Shown here piece by piece: positions 36,800 to 49,934 of a DNA stretch of 64,000 nt. The stretch lies in contig CM060733.1 of assembly GCA_030704615.1 (NCBI GenBank), positions 41,788,001 through 41,852,000 on the forward strand, read 5' to 3'. A program made the translations under genes and the position numbers. Source of the DNA: Takakia lepidozioides (taxonomy: Eukaryota > Plantae > Bryophyta). Within the stretch, counting starts at the first letter, position 1. Every line of letters begins with the position of its first letter. The notes below the pieces were generated by a model. That model did no database searches. It was not told the origin of the DNA and worked only from the letters and a program-made list of their open reading frames with translations.

Positions 36800-37510
36800 G
36801 AAATGCGGCGCCGCATTTCCATGTCGGGATCGAAATGCGGTGCCGCATTTCCATGTCGGACATCGAAATGCGGCACCGCATTTCCATGTCCGACAAGAAA
36901 ATGCGGTGCATCATTTCCGTCCAGGTACACGAAATACCAACACAGGTCTATAAATTGATCAGAAAACGAGGTTGGCATTGCAAATGCGGCGACGCATTTC
37001 CAGCTTGGCACTGGAAACTTCTTTTTGGACAAGGGAATGCGGTGCCGCATTTCCGTACAACACTTCGAAAAGTGTGACATTTCCGACCAGCGCGATGGAA
37101 TGCGTTACCGCATTTCCGAGAGAGGGTCTGCAAATGGACAAATTGCGATGTCCATTCTGGAAATGCGGCGCCGCATTTCCATGTCCGTTATCAACTTTTT
37201 TTTACAATGGAATGCGGTGCCAATTTTTTGCTGATGGGACTGCAGTTCGAACAACGACCATCCCCAATACTGAAATGCGGCACCGCATTTCAATCCGCCA
37301 TCTCGACCTCCTTGCTCGACCTCGTTGTTCGACCTCTGTAAGCGTGGTGGCATCCATGCGATGAGCGGGAGAGGCCAAAACTGGCGTGTGGACAAAGGAA
37401 ATTTTGGAAATGCGGCACCGCATTTCCAATTCAGATTACTTTTTACTATGCCAACATTGAAATGGAAAATTTAGTCCCTCCCCTGTTTTGGAAATGCGGT
37501 GCCCCATTTC
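36800..37510. repeat. Cluster of the palindrome GAAATGCGG-NN-CCGCATTTC
   Basis: Copies at 36800, 36832, 36865, 37160, 37272 and 37407 plus degenerate ones; outliers near 35669, 38815, 40074 and 41286. Confidence 0.9.
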
Positions 37511-37649
37511 TGATTTTGGGAGCGACGTGGTTTGGGCGATTGTGTGGCTGGAATGCACACTGGAGAGGGGTCACGAATGTCGGCAGAATTTCCTTTATAT
37601 ACTCTGGAAGAGAATTTACATTTACAGAGACTTCATTAAAATTCTATTA

Positions 37650-40600
37650 ATCTTGAAAATCATCCGAATCCTCATCCTGTTCTAGACTGTCCTGCTCATC
37701 CTCCACCCCCTCAGTGCCTCTCTCATCTCCAGCGGACTGCTCGTTGGCCAGGCTTTCGAAAATCCCATCTTCCCCTTGCGGAACTGTCCATCTCACCTCC
37801 GTTGGGTCGTCTTCCTCCCTGTCTGCGTCGCTCTCATCCGCTGAATCACATATGTACTTTCGTACCTGTCTACCTGTCTGAGCTGCTGCCAACTCTTTCC
37901 TTATCCTTCTGTCCTCCCTAGCCCTCTCCAAAATCTGCTCTACTTTACTGGGATTCTCACTTCTTCTAATCGCTGTATTTGCGAGTTTAGCTGCATAACT
38001 AGGAAGGGAGTAGTCCCTCACCGGGCTCGTCATGAATCGGCCCTCGCAAAGAACGGGACATTCTTCCTGGCAGGAAGTGTAGGCCCTACATGTTTCGACC
38101 CGGACCCTGCAATCCTGCACATGACAATCATCAACGAGACTAATGAGAACCACAGTCGGGAAATTCGTTTGACATAAATGACCCAGAAGGCTTTGCAAAC
38201 TTACAATGTTTGCACTCACTCGTATTCCGGGTTCTCCTCCGCATCAATGTCCACTGTGTCTTCCTCGGACTCCGACGAATCCGAGGAGACTTCCGCTCTG
38301 TCGGGAGCCTTCACATTCCGTTGCAGCCCCTCCAGATGGGATCCCCACACGGATGAATCCTCCTCGTAGGCAAAGAGGTGCCGGTCGGAAAACCGCCCAG
38401 CCCACATTGAGGCACCTGTTACAATGCCATCCACACATTACCACATGGCGCTTCAGATGTTGCGAACTACATCCTAACGAGAATTTGCAGAACAGCATAG
38501 ATCAAGATTCTGCATACCTGTCCCACAGATGAGGTCGAGCACTGTGCCCTCCACGTCTGTGCATGTCTCCATAATTGTCTGAATGAAGGCAGGGCTCCGA
38601 GTCCGTGAGTACCGCAGGGGTTCCGTTGAAGTGAGGCTATGAGGGAGAAGTTCCTTGGGAACGTTGTTGAACAGAACGTCGTAATCGAGTGGGTCGCAGT
38701 TCGGGTCAACCTTTCCTCCCTCCTTCCGGAAAGCAAAGGTGGAGTTCTCCTTCACAAAGCAGTATGCATCGAACTGCTTCGTCTGCATACACAGGGGGAA
38801 AACGATTAGAAACCGAATGCGGCACCGCATTTGAAAACACCCAAGCAAATGAATGGACGAGTGCCAGTGTCGTAATCACCTTCTTCCCTTCCGACCGAAG
38901 GCCCAGTGTGTTGATGCACGTCCACTTCTTTTTCAGAATCGGGACGGCGCTCTTGCGGGTCCACTTCGCAATTCCTGTCTGAGTGTTTTTTCCTCTGCTC
39001 GCCAGGACAACCACACAGCCTCTGTCGTCCAACACCATGCGGGCAAGCCCGAATCCTTTCTTCCAAAAGTCCTCCGAGTACCTGTTCCAAGATGGCAAAG
39101 CTTGCAGTCCTTCCACAGGCTCTCCGTCCGGAATATCCAAGATGATCATATCGCAAGACCACTCGGTGGCATTTCCGCCCCTCCTACAATCCTTGTCTGC
39201 ACACACCCTCTCAAAGAACGAGACCATATTCTGAAATCCTGGGGTGTCGGAAGGCTCTTCGGCAGTCGCCTTCTTCAGTGCTCTGCCCTTCAGACCCTCC
39301 ATGGTCTTCAGGTATGCCAACTTGGCTGCCCGTCCATCCAAAGCCGCCAAGAAACTCTCATTTACACACTGGACTACAGTTTCGGGAGCCACTTTCGGCC
39401 TCTTCATTTCCACCGGCTCGAAAGGGTGGCCCCTGGGGGGTTGAAGAGTGCCTTCTTTGCCGAGCCAGTTCTCGTGCCTCTCGTGACAACGGTGGGCACA
39501 GGGAGGCAGCCTGCGTTTGGGGGGGTGGGCTGGTTGCAAAGTCTCCATCGGAGTCCTCTTCCTCACCCTCTTCCTGAACAGGCTGTTTCTGCTTCTTCGT
39601 TTTGGCGGGTGTCACAACAGCTGCTCCTTGCTGGCGAGTCCTCTTCTTCGACCCCTTCTGTTGGGCCTGCACAGCTGCATCCACCGTCTTTTGTGCCATC
39701 TCAGCTGCCTTTCTGGATTCTTCCAGAGCAGCAGATTCCTTTGCCGACTTTGGCCCAGCAGGGACACGTCTTTCCTTTCTCTTCTCTTCTGCCAAGGTGT
39801 GCAGATCTTTCTCAGACTCGTCAACAATACCGCCAGACATGTCCAGGTACCACGGGCATCCAACGAGATGCGCGGGATGCCATTGTTTCTGCATCTCGGG
39901 TGTGTAGACACAGCTTGGGCCCGCCACGGTCCAAGCCATGAAGAACGGAGGCTCTTGAGCCAGGGCCCCTGTCTGAAGGAGCACGTATTTCATATACCTG
40001 CAAGGCAGTCAGCATGCGTGAGCAAAAGTTGAGACCAACCTACTGGCAGAGTGCCACCAAAAACATAAAATGCGAATGCGGTGCCGCATTTCCGAGACAA
40101 ACCTCGTAACCAGGCTTCGCATACAAGGGCAGCTGTGCTTCACCTGTAAACCAATTCGCATTGCAGCTTTCCCAGCTCCCTCCTGATGTGTAAACTCCAC
40201 GCTCCTTCTTGCTGTCTGTAGCTCTCTGGCGAAAAGGTTTGTCCTTGTACGCACATCTGAAACGTGTCACGTAGTCTTCCAATGTCTGTGTTCCATCCCA
40301 TTTGACGTACAAGCCGAACAAATTTGTGTGCATTATGACTTGCTCCTTCGCATTCGACATTACCTGCGATTCCCAAATCCATTGTCACGTAGCAGTTCAG
40401 GGAATTCATGTCAGAAAAGCAAATCTGGGGAAGTACCTTGAATTACCTGGAACCACCAAGTCATACGGTTGAGCCACACATCCACTGCAGGGTCGGAAAC
40501 TTCCAGTGGAAAAGACCACATTGTCCTTATGCTCTCGGATGCATTCCAGATCGACAGCCACCGTGTCTGCCATTTCCGATCCAATGTCAGGAGCTGGAAG

Positions 40601-42832
40601 AGAGTGGCTATTGCTAGGAAGGAACTTCAGTGCATTGAAACCTCACCTTCTCTTTCGCCTCCACACATGCCGTTGAGAGGTGATGCAGTTTCTCCAATTG
40701 CATGGTCGGCTGCATGGCCCGAGAATAGTGTTTTGCAATCTCGGGGATGAAGTCCTTTCCAAGTGCCGGATCTGCAATTGCCACCAGCTTCACAAGCTTT
40801 GACTTGTATTTGGTTCTGGACTTGACACCGGCTTCCTTCAAGTGCTCAGTCAATGACTGCAAGCGTTTTGACCTGCCCCTCACTTTCCATGAAGAAGCGT
40901 TTGGCATGGGCCAAATCCAGCTTGATGTTTGACTGCCAACAAAAACATGCAGAAGCGTTACATTCGATTCATGTGGAAAGATTACTGAAAATTGGGGAAG
41001 GATGAGCAGAGGGAAATTGGAGGACGACTTACTTCGTATATCACCTCCACCATTCCATCCATAGTGAGACGATACCATGTCCGGTCTGTTTTTGCAACGG
41101 CTTTCTGAATGAGCTCGGGCTCCAGCATTTCCGCAAACATCTGCGGATCAGTGAGACCAGTTTTCCTCACCCTGTACAGCATGTGTGCCATGTGGGTATG
41201 CACGTACGCATTTTCAGTGGACCCTGCAAGGCACACTCTCCAGTTCAGTACACGGAAGCACGGAAAACAAACCAGAATGGAAACCGAAATGCGGCACCGC
41301 ATTTCGAACGTGCTAGGGAGGGTATGAGTATCTTACGAGTTGAGGTCCGCCATGGCATTCTTGAGCAGGGAGGAGTCTGCCGCCTTCACCTTCAGGATGA
41401 CACACTCCACCATGTAATGCCAGCCAATGTGCTTGGCATGGTTCTGCTTGATGTACTCCCACCAGGCGAGAAGTCGGTGATTCCCGTCCCCACACAAAGA
41501 ACATTTTACCCGACATATGGCCGAGTCGGGATCACCCTTCAGCGTCGCCTCGAATCGTGGTTGTTGCGAGGTGTGCTAGTGGGTATCCCACGTTGACAAT
41601 TCATCGGCAGTGGGTCCACGAGTTTCGCCGTCCTCATTCTCAATGGAAACGTAAAACGCTGCCGATCCCAGACGGTACCCTTCTCGAAATGCGAACTTGA
41701 GCTTATCCACATCTCCGGGAAGGGCCTGCCTGACGATGGGAAGGGAGACCATGCGACAGAGTGGGATTCGAAGAGTCCGCTGGAATACCCTGCTGCCCAG
41801 AACTCTGCCAATGCTACTGTGTGTCTCCTCCAACATTTTATCCGCTGCACTTTTGAAATCCTCCGGAGACATGTCTGTAGGTGCGGGGGGGTAGTGGCTA
41901 GCAGCTGGAGAGCATCCTCAACTGGAGCTGCACTCTGGGGGCTGTGTGCGGGCAATTCTGCCATTGCAGAGGCCTCCTCTGGGCCTGCTTGCTCATCGGT
42001 GGTGAGGTCTTGCTGCGAAAGTTGAGCGGCAGCACCCTCCTCCGGTTACCAAATCGAGATCAACGGTCGATTCCATTGCCTGAGCTGCCAGCAGAGTCGG
42101 CCCCAACATCTGCAGGCGGGAGGGAATCCTCCAGGAACTGAGCTTCAGCTCGTGGAAGCGGTTTTGCGGGAGATTGTTCGCCCGTCGCCCTGTGATTGCC
42201 TTCTGCTTCCTCATCCTTGCAGGGTGAAGGTGTCTGGCTGCAATGAATCTGTCTTCTACCCTGCTGCTTCATTCGCGCGTTGGGGGGGTGAATCGGCCTG
42301 AGCCGGTTCAGAAGCCAGTAGAGGGACGGGCTGCTTCTTCTTCGACTTTGCTGGAGAAGGGCCGACCCCTGCTGGCGATCTCCATGACCAAAGAACGCGA
42401 GTCAATCTCTGGGACTTTGAACTTGCCCTTCGAAGACGCGTCTTTGAATCGCAGAGGGCTAGGCCGGCAGGATACCCGCGCTCGGGGATCGGGTGGGTGT
42501 ACGTGCTGCAGCTAGCTCCTCGAACTCTTCCTGCGGCTCTTCGGATTCCTGCGATCCCTTTAGCACGTCCACCTTCCTGTTAGGCATGCAAACATGTTCT
42601 ACATTCAAGTCTCCTAGCATTCAGTCTAAGAATTACAGAAGCAAAATGGGGGGGGTTCGGTGCTCGATCAGGCGCGCAGCCCGATCGCATGGAGCTCTCC
42701 ATGCGTGGTGGTGCCTGAGTGGGCCTGCTGCTGGAGATGGCAATCTCCTCCTGTAGAGCATCTGCTTCCCTCCCCTTCGGCATTGGCCTACGTCCGAAGT
42801 ATAATTTCCGGAGCTTGCGACGAGGTCTCCTG
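37650..42832 (-). pseudogene. Multi-exon gene: ParB/Srx-like domain + beta-class amino (N6A/N4C) methyltransferase-like domain; runs into the assembly gap
   Basis: FFV...DGNHRLLAW near 41500-41460 (frameshifted); MIILDIPDG (motif IV-like); TVLDLICGTG spliced to ASMWAGRFSDRHLFAYEED (motifs I-II); GT-AG introns. Confidence 0.65.
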
Positions 42833-43332
42833 NNNNNNNNNNNNNNNNNNNNNNNNNNNNNNNNNNNNNNNNNNNNNNNNNNNNNNNNNNNNNNNNNNNN
42901 NNNNNNNNNNNNNNNNNNNNNNNNNNNNNNNNNNNNNNNNNNNNNNNNNNNNNNNNNNNNNNNNNNNNNNNNNNNNNNNNNNNNNNNNNNNNNNNNNNNN
43001 NNNNNNNNNNNNNNNNNNNNNNNNNNNNNNNNNNNNNNNNNNNNNNNNNNNNNNNNNNNNNNNNNNNNNNNNNNNNNNNNNNNNNNNNNNNNNNNNNNNN
43101 NNNNNNNNNNNNNNNNNNNNNNNNNNNNNNNNNNNNNNNNNNNNNNNNNNNNNNNNNNNNNNNNNNNNNNNNNNNNNNNNNNNNNNNNNNNNNNNNNNNN
43201 NNNNNNNNNNNNNNNNNNNNNNNNNNNNNNNNNNNNNNNNNNNNNNNNNNNNNNNNNNNNNNNNNNNNNNNNNNNNNNNNNNNNNNNNNNNNNNNNNNNN
43301 NNNNNNNNNNNNNNNNNNNNNNNNNNNNNNNN
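42833..43332. other. Assembly gap of 500 N
   Basis: Run of N. Confidence 1.
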
Positions 43333-43699
43333 GATGAAAACAGAGAGAAGAAATTGGAAAGGAAGAATTATGAGAAGTAGACCCAACAGCTGAGGTTGAG
43401 ACTACAACCAGGCACATCCCAACCCTTTGGACCTGGATCAAGTGGACACTTGGATCACAGGCCAACGAAGGTGTCGGCTCAGGGGATCAGGCGGGCTGGC
43501 TGGTCGGCTCTGGGGGGACAGGTGTGTGGGAAGTAGTGCAACTGAACTGGGATACTGTGAATATCGTGGGCCAGAAGCATGGAGTGCTCAAGGTCCCCCA
43601 CTTGGTGGAAATCCACCCAAAAACAACAGGTCCAGAAGGACCAGCACCAGCAAGGGTGCCCGCACCTGTCAGTGGGCAGAAGGTAGGGCCACAGATGGC

Positions 43700-46600
43700 G
43701 TTACAACCCAACACGGGCAAACAAAACCACCCTTTCCAATATATTCAGGAAAAGGGGATCCCGATGTACACACTAGCCATTTGAGCACATGTGTATAGTG
43801 AACAATGAGAATGGCGATGATGCCAAGATGAGACTGTTTCCTTGTTCACTTATCAAGAAAGCAAGTGAATGGTATGCAAGATTCCCTGATAACATTTCCT
43901 AACCTGAATGGCTTGAATACAACATTTCAAATATGTTCAGGACAAGTAAAACTGAGATGAAGTGTATGGAGTGACAACAGCTGAAGCAGAAGAAGCATGA
44001 AACGGTTGAAGAGTATATGGAGAAGTGGAATTGATGATTAAAAGCCTGGCTGCAGTACCAGCACCCGTTACAGAAGACTTGGTTTGTGAGTGGACTAAGA
44101 CCAGAGTTGCGAAGAAAATGGATATGTGCCCCATAATACAAGTGGAGGAGGCATTTGAAACTGCAAACAGAATTGAGCATTGGGAATGCTCAGGAGAGAG
44201 AAAAAGGGAAGATGAGGACTCTGAAGATGAGTCAATGAAGAAGAGAGCAAGAACTAAAAAGAAAGTAAGAGAAAGGAAAGTGTGAAGAGGGATAACTATG
44301 AAAAGATGTTGGAAGAAATCTTGAGAAGTATTCCAAGAGCTGCAACCCATTGGATGGAAGGTGTATGGGTGCAAAGTGCCAGAATGAAGGCCATACCACT
44401 ACAGAATGCCACATGAAGGAGAACCGTACTATCTGTAAAATGGATCACCATTCTACTGAGAATTGTTACTACAACAGAAGGACAGCTGCAAGAGAACCTA
44501 GGCAAGTGAGGGGTGCATCAGGTGCAGCCCCAGCCAAGAAGAAGCAATGATCAGGACCACTATGGTAGGTCTGGTGGTTATAACAATGGCATGGAAAGGG
44601 AGAGGTAATTCAAGAGGGAATTACCAAGGAAATTCCAGAGGCACTATCAGGGTAATCCAAGGGGAATTACCAGCCCGGAATCAGGATTATAGAAATAATC
44701 CAAGACCAGACCAAGGCGAGGACCCATGGTGACGAGCTATGTTACTATGTAATCAGCCAGGACATCGCAAGGCAGCCTGTTCATTCTGGATAAACACAAG
44801 AATGAGATGAGAAGCTCCTGTGAATGAGGGCCCAGTGGGGCAGCTCACAGGTTAGGCCATGTGTTGTACCAGAAGTAAGTACAATGATAGTAACAAGAAG
44901 TAAAGCCAAACTAATACCTCAGTAGAGGAGGAAGAAGTGAGACTTGGAAGTGGCAATGATAATGCCTGAAGATGAAGAGACTTGGAAAGATGAGAGGACC
45001 TGCACAAGGAAGTGCAATACTATAAGGGAAATGCAAAAGTACTGATATTCCTGTGGCAGATTCCTCTGATTCGGATGGAGAAAAAGAGGGGAGGTGAGGA
45101 AGAAAGGAAAAGAAGATGCATACAATGCAAAGTAATGAGAGACTTTGGCTGAAGTAATATGTCAGACCAAAGCAGAATTACCATTGGACAGCTAATTAGC
45201 TGTGGTGGCACCTTATTGTAGGCACAGGCTGTCTCAGGCAATCAATCGATTGCCCAAGAGACAGGAAACACAGACTGAACAGCAAGGTGACCAGTTATAA
45301 TGTGAAGGCCGGCAAGGGCGAGAACCAGTCATGGACTTTGATGAATTTCTATGCCAGTAATCCAATTGAGAATTGGAAGCACAGAACTAACTGATGTACT
45401 GATAGATGGTGGTTCTGGAGTAAATATCATGACAGACCAATTAAGGAAGAAGCTTGGTCTAAGTAACATGAAACCAGCCCCATTCTACAGTAACAATGGC
45501 ATATCAAAGAAGTGTACAGCCATTGGGATTAATAAGAGGAGTTCGATACAGATACAGAAAATGATCTTTATGATCACTTACTGTATTAAAAATGGATGAA
45601 GTCATGGAGGCTTTACTCCTTATTATTGGGACGTCCGTGGCTGAAACCGCAAGGGTTATTCCATGACTGGAAATTCTCAGTTACTAACTGTGCATAATGG
45701 GATGCACGAGATACAAATTACCACAAAGAAAATCTCAGTAGATTACCTGCTACAAGAAGACCTCAAGGAGTCAGAGAGTATGATTGGAGAGGAGGACTGG
45801 ATGAGGAGCATGAAGCTACCCTAATTGCTGCAACCCCAGAGTGGGGGAGCAGGTTGCATAGATGCGGCTGGAAAGCCTAAGTTGTTTTGAGAGGTATCTG
45901 CTGTGTGTAGTGTCGGCAACACAATTGAAGAGGAAACCAACTGTACCCCACCACATTTTATGAAAAAAAGGAGGGAGAGAAAGAAATCCTAGAAAACCAG
46001 CCCCTGTGAGCTAAGGATGAAGTGGTGACTGGTTGGACAATCACGCTGATGAGCAGTGGAAAGTAAATGTGGAACTCAGGAGAACCGAGAATGGTGAAAG
46101 TAGGAGCGCTGATTTGGAGCCGATTTCTTCGAAGAAGCTAAAAGCTTGTTCATCAAATACAATAGATGTATTTGGCTTGGAGCTTGATGATCTAAAAGGG
46201 ATACCACCTGAAGTCTGTCAGCATAAAATTGAACTGGAACCAGGGTCAGTTTCAATCAAGCAGGCGAGGTATAGAAATGAATCCCAACTACGCCCAGAAG
46301 GTTGGAAGAAGAGATAAAGAAGTTGGCTGAGGCTAAGTTTATATACCCATAGAGTATACAACTTGGTTGTTCACCCATTGTTTATAGTTCCCAAGAAGAA
46401 TGGCAAACTAAGAGTATGTGTGAACTATAAGAAGCTGAATGCTTGTACGAAGAAAGATCCTTTCCCTTTGCCATTTCACAGAAGCAGTCTTAGACACTGT
46501 GGCAGGCCATGAGATTAACTCTTCATGGATGGCTTCAGTGGTTATAATCAAGTGCAAGTGGCAGAAGAATACCAAGGGAAACAGCTTTCACATCACAGAC

Positions 46601-48810
46601 TCGGGGGGCTTATGCATACAAAGTCATGCCCTTTGGACTTTGTAATGCACCAGCGACCTTTCAGAGAGTGATAATGAATCTTTTCAAGAGTATCTGGATG
46701 ATTTCATGCAGGTGTTTTTGGATGATTTCAGTGTGTACAGCTCTAGAGATGAGCACTTGCATAATTGTAGGTATGCCTGGCCAGATGCAGGTGAGAGGTC
46801 GGGGCTTGATCCAGAGAAGTGTACTTTCTGTGTGAACTCAGGGGTGCTTCTGGGACACATAGTGTGTAAGAAGGGACTCCTTGTGGATCCCAGGAAGAAG
46901 AGTCCATTAAAGTCTCTCCACCACCATGAATGTTAAGAGTTTAAGGAGATTCCTTGGGCAAAACAGTTATTACAGAAGATTTGTCAAAGGTATGCACAAA
47001 TAGCAGCACCATTGAGCAGCTTCTGAAGAAAGATGCAGTGTTTGCATGGACAGCTGAATGTCAACAGGCGTTTGAGGAACTTACACTGTCAGTAACAACT
47101 ACACCTGTGCTGATTAACCCTCACTGGCATGTGTATTTCATGTTCACTGCGATGCATCAGGAGAAGCGTTGGGAGCGGTGTTAGCCCAGAATGTTTACAG
47201 GGAATATAGATTCACTTGTACTATGCTAGCCGTTGATGAACAGTGCTGAGAGGAACTATAGCACAACGGAAAGAGAAGCATGGCAATGATCTATGCAGTA
47301 AAGAAATTCAGGCATTACCTATTGGGAAGAAATTTTATGTTTTATGTGGATCACCAGGCTCTGATATATCTGGTGAACAAACCTTTGATAAGGGAAGGAT
47401 AGCGAGTGGTTAATAATCTTTGCATGAGTTTGAGTTCAGGTTATTTACAAGCCTGGCCGTTTGCATCTTGTGGCAGATCATTGTCAACGACTAACAACAG
47501 GAGAGGCCGCCCCAGGAGTGGACGATCAGTTACCTGATGCAAGTTTATTTGTAATGGAGGTGCAAGGAGTGTCAGATGAATGGTTAGATTGGCAGTGGCC
47601 AATCAGATACTACCTTGCTCATGGTCAGTGCCCACCTAGTGTATGGTAAGGAGCAGAGGAAGAGAATTGCTATCAGAGCTTTACCTTATACTATGGTAGG
47701 AAGCAAAATGTATAAATTAGGACTGATGGAGTACTAAAACGATGCTTGTACCACCATGAAGTAAATAAAGTCTTGGAGGAAGTTCATAAAGGAGTGGCTG
47801 GAGGTCATTTGGAGAAGAGACTACCAGTAGAAGATACTACTCGCAGGATACTGGTGGCCTACGTTGTTCAAAGATGTACATGAGTATTGTCAGAAGTGTG
47901 ATGAATGTCAGAGGCTAGGACCTTTGCAGAGATCTGGAAGAATGGCCTTGCATTCCTACAATGCCTATGGAACCATTTCAGAAATGGGGACTAGACTTTG
48001 TTGGCCAATTAATCCACCATCCAAGAATACACGAAACAGGTACATAATTAAGCCACTGATTATACTACAAAGTGGGTGGAAGCTAAAGCTTTGAGGGACA
48101 ACACAGCCAAGTCCACAGCAAGGTTCCTGTACGAGAACATACTACACGATTTGGATGTCCCTTAGAATTATCAGTGATCAAGGAAGTCACTTCATGAACG
48201 AGACCATTGAGTTTTGACTAAAGAGTTTATGATTGTGCATCGAAAGAGTACAACATATTACCCACAGGGTAATGGGCAGGCAGAGGCTACCAACAAAATA
48301 CTATGTACTATCTTGGCTAAGATAGTCAATGCAAACAGAACGGATTGGGATACAAAGCTGCTGACAGCTTTGTGGTCATACAGGACTTCATATAAAGTCA
48401 CCACTAAGTATACACCATTCCAATTAGTTTATGGTATGGAGCCTTACTTCCAGTAGAATTTCTGTTACCTACCATGAGAACGGAAGTGGGGAGAAAGAAT
48501 GGGAATTGCAAGACTCCATCAAGGTCAGGAAACATGAATTATACCATGTGGAAGAAGTACGTGCTGATGCAGCTGATAATAATGACCAGAATTCAGATGA
48601 AGAGAAGGAACAGTTTATGAAGGCAAGTTAAAGACTTTTAAGACGGGGATTTGGTTCTATGGTTGCAGAAGAAAGGAAGATTCAAGCTTCTAAGCTTAAA
48701 TCACCATGGAAAGGACCTTATGTCATACAAAAGATGTATGATAACAACACAGCCATGTTACAAACCATTAACAAAGAAATGCTGGGAAGAGTCAATGAAA
48801 TAAGTTGAAG
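43700..48810 (+). pseudogene. gag-pol: Heavily frameshifted gag-pol of Ty3/Gypsy element E
   Basis: Zn knuckles; LIDGGSGVN protease; MPFGLCNAPATFQR and FLDDF RT; integrase FKDVHEYCQKCDECQR, YYPQGNGQAEATNK. Confidence 0.9.
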
Positions 48811-48956
48811 GGGTACAGTGGTATCCATGACAAACCCCTGCAGCATGATTTGCCCTGTTGAACCGCAAGAGCAGTCACGGGCTGCACCAGTGTTACGAAC
48901 GGAGTATAGAACACTTGTCGCTAGGCCCAGTATATATGACCGGGTTGGCAAAACAA

Positions 48957-49298
48957 ACGTGACACAGCCTATCACAGCCCATCACGGCGTGACACAGCCT
49001 ATCACAGCCCAGCACGGCGTGACACAGCCTATCACAGCCCATCACGGCGTGACACACAGCCTATCACAGCCCAGCACGGCGTGACACAGCCTATCACATC
49101 ACCCCATCACGGCGTGACACAGCCTATCACAGCCCATCACGGCGTGACACAGCCTATCACAGCCCGTCACGACGTGACACAGCCTATCACAACCTAACCG
49201 CAGCGTGTCACAGCCTATCACAGCTTACCACAGTGCAACACACAGCCTATCACAGCGTAACACAGTATGACACAGCCTGTCACAGCTCAACACAGCCT
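48957..49298 (+). repeat. Tandem array with a unit of about 30 bp (CGTGACACAGCCTATCACAGCCCATCACGG) downstream of pol in E
   Basis: Direct reading; built from CACAGC subunits like 25160-25345. Confidence 0.9.
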
Positions 49299-49572
49299 AC
49301 TAAGGTTACACGATCCATAGAATCAGTGACAAGTGGACACATAAAACTTCAGGAAAATGGCTGAAGGAAGAAGAAACGGAAATTACTTTAAAAATAGACA
49401 CGTGGAGGTCAGGGTGCGACACACACAGCAGAGAATGAAGTGCAAGGACAGGTGTCAAAAAGAAAGAGGACAAGAACGGCCGTCAAAAGGAATGAAAGGC
49501 GGGCCCATTAATGAATACGGAAAAAGGGAAACAGAACGAACGGCAAGTACATAAAAACTGAATTCATGTCGC

Positions 49573-49934
49573 ATGTGTGATCCTAGTGGACTATCCAACA
49601 GGGAAAGTCCACTAAAGAAGATAAAAGTTAAAATCCAGTCACAGCGGATACAGCCAATAGAAAACCAGAGAAATGATCAAGAAAATGGAGGGAAATTGAG
49701 CGCAATAGGCGGCGTCGTTCTGAGTAACGGGCGTCTCGACAGACAGGCCATAAAATGCTATAACTTGGAAACTTATGGAGGAACTAACAGACTATCGCTC
49801 GCAATATTACTTACCAATGCAGAGACACGAAACGAAAGAGCAGAGCTTTCTCTTGACCATGCTTGCAAAGCCCCGCAGGCTTACAAGAGATTACCCATAG
49901 CTTTCTGCGGCAACCATACGTTTATGCTTTGTGC
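49573..49934 (+). CDS. N-terminal part of the accessory ORF of E, interrupted by F
   Basis: Joins in frame to 61216 onward when F and one GTGC TSD are removed (...TFMLCA|LQAFLQLLQPKQFYESKMKR...). Confidence 0.7.

Noticed and set aside
36800-36920. CRISPR-like array of palindromic repeats
   Set aside because: Spacers are about 12 nt and near-identical, spacing is irregular further on, there are no cas genes, and the context is eukaryotic
38853-39941. 362-aa plus-strand ORF
   Set aside because: Antisense shadow of the minus-strand exons, with no motifs
42580-43465. ORFs spanning the N run
   Set aside because: Artefacts of the assembly gap; adjacency of the two sides is also unproven
43700-48810. 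Programmed frameshifts or great age of E
   Set aside because: Numerous 1-nt indels, also seen between the two F LTRs in homopolymers, look at least partly like sequencing consensus error
48957-49298. CRISPR array
   Set aside because: Pure tandem minisatellite without unique spacers
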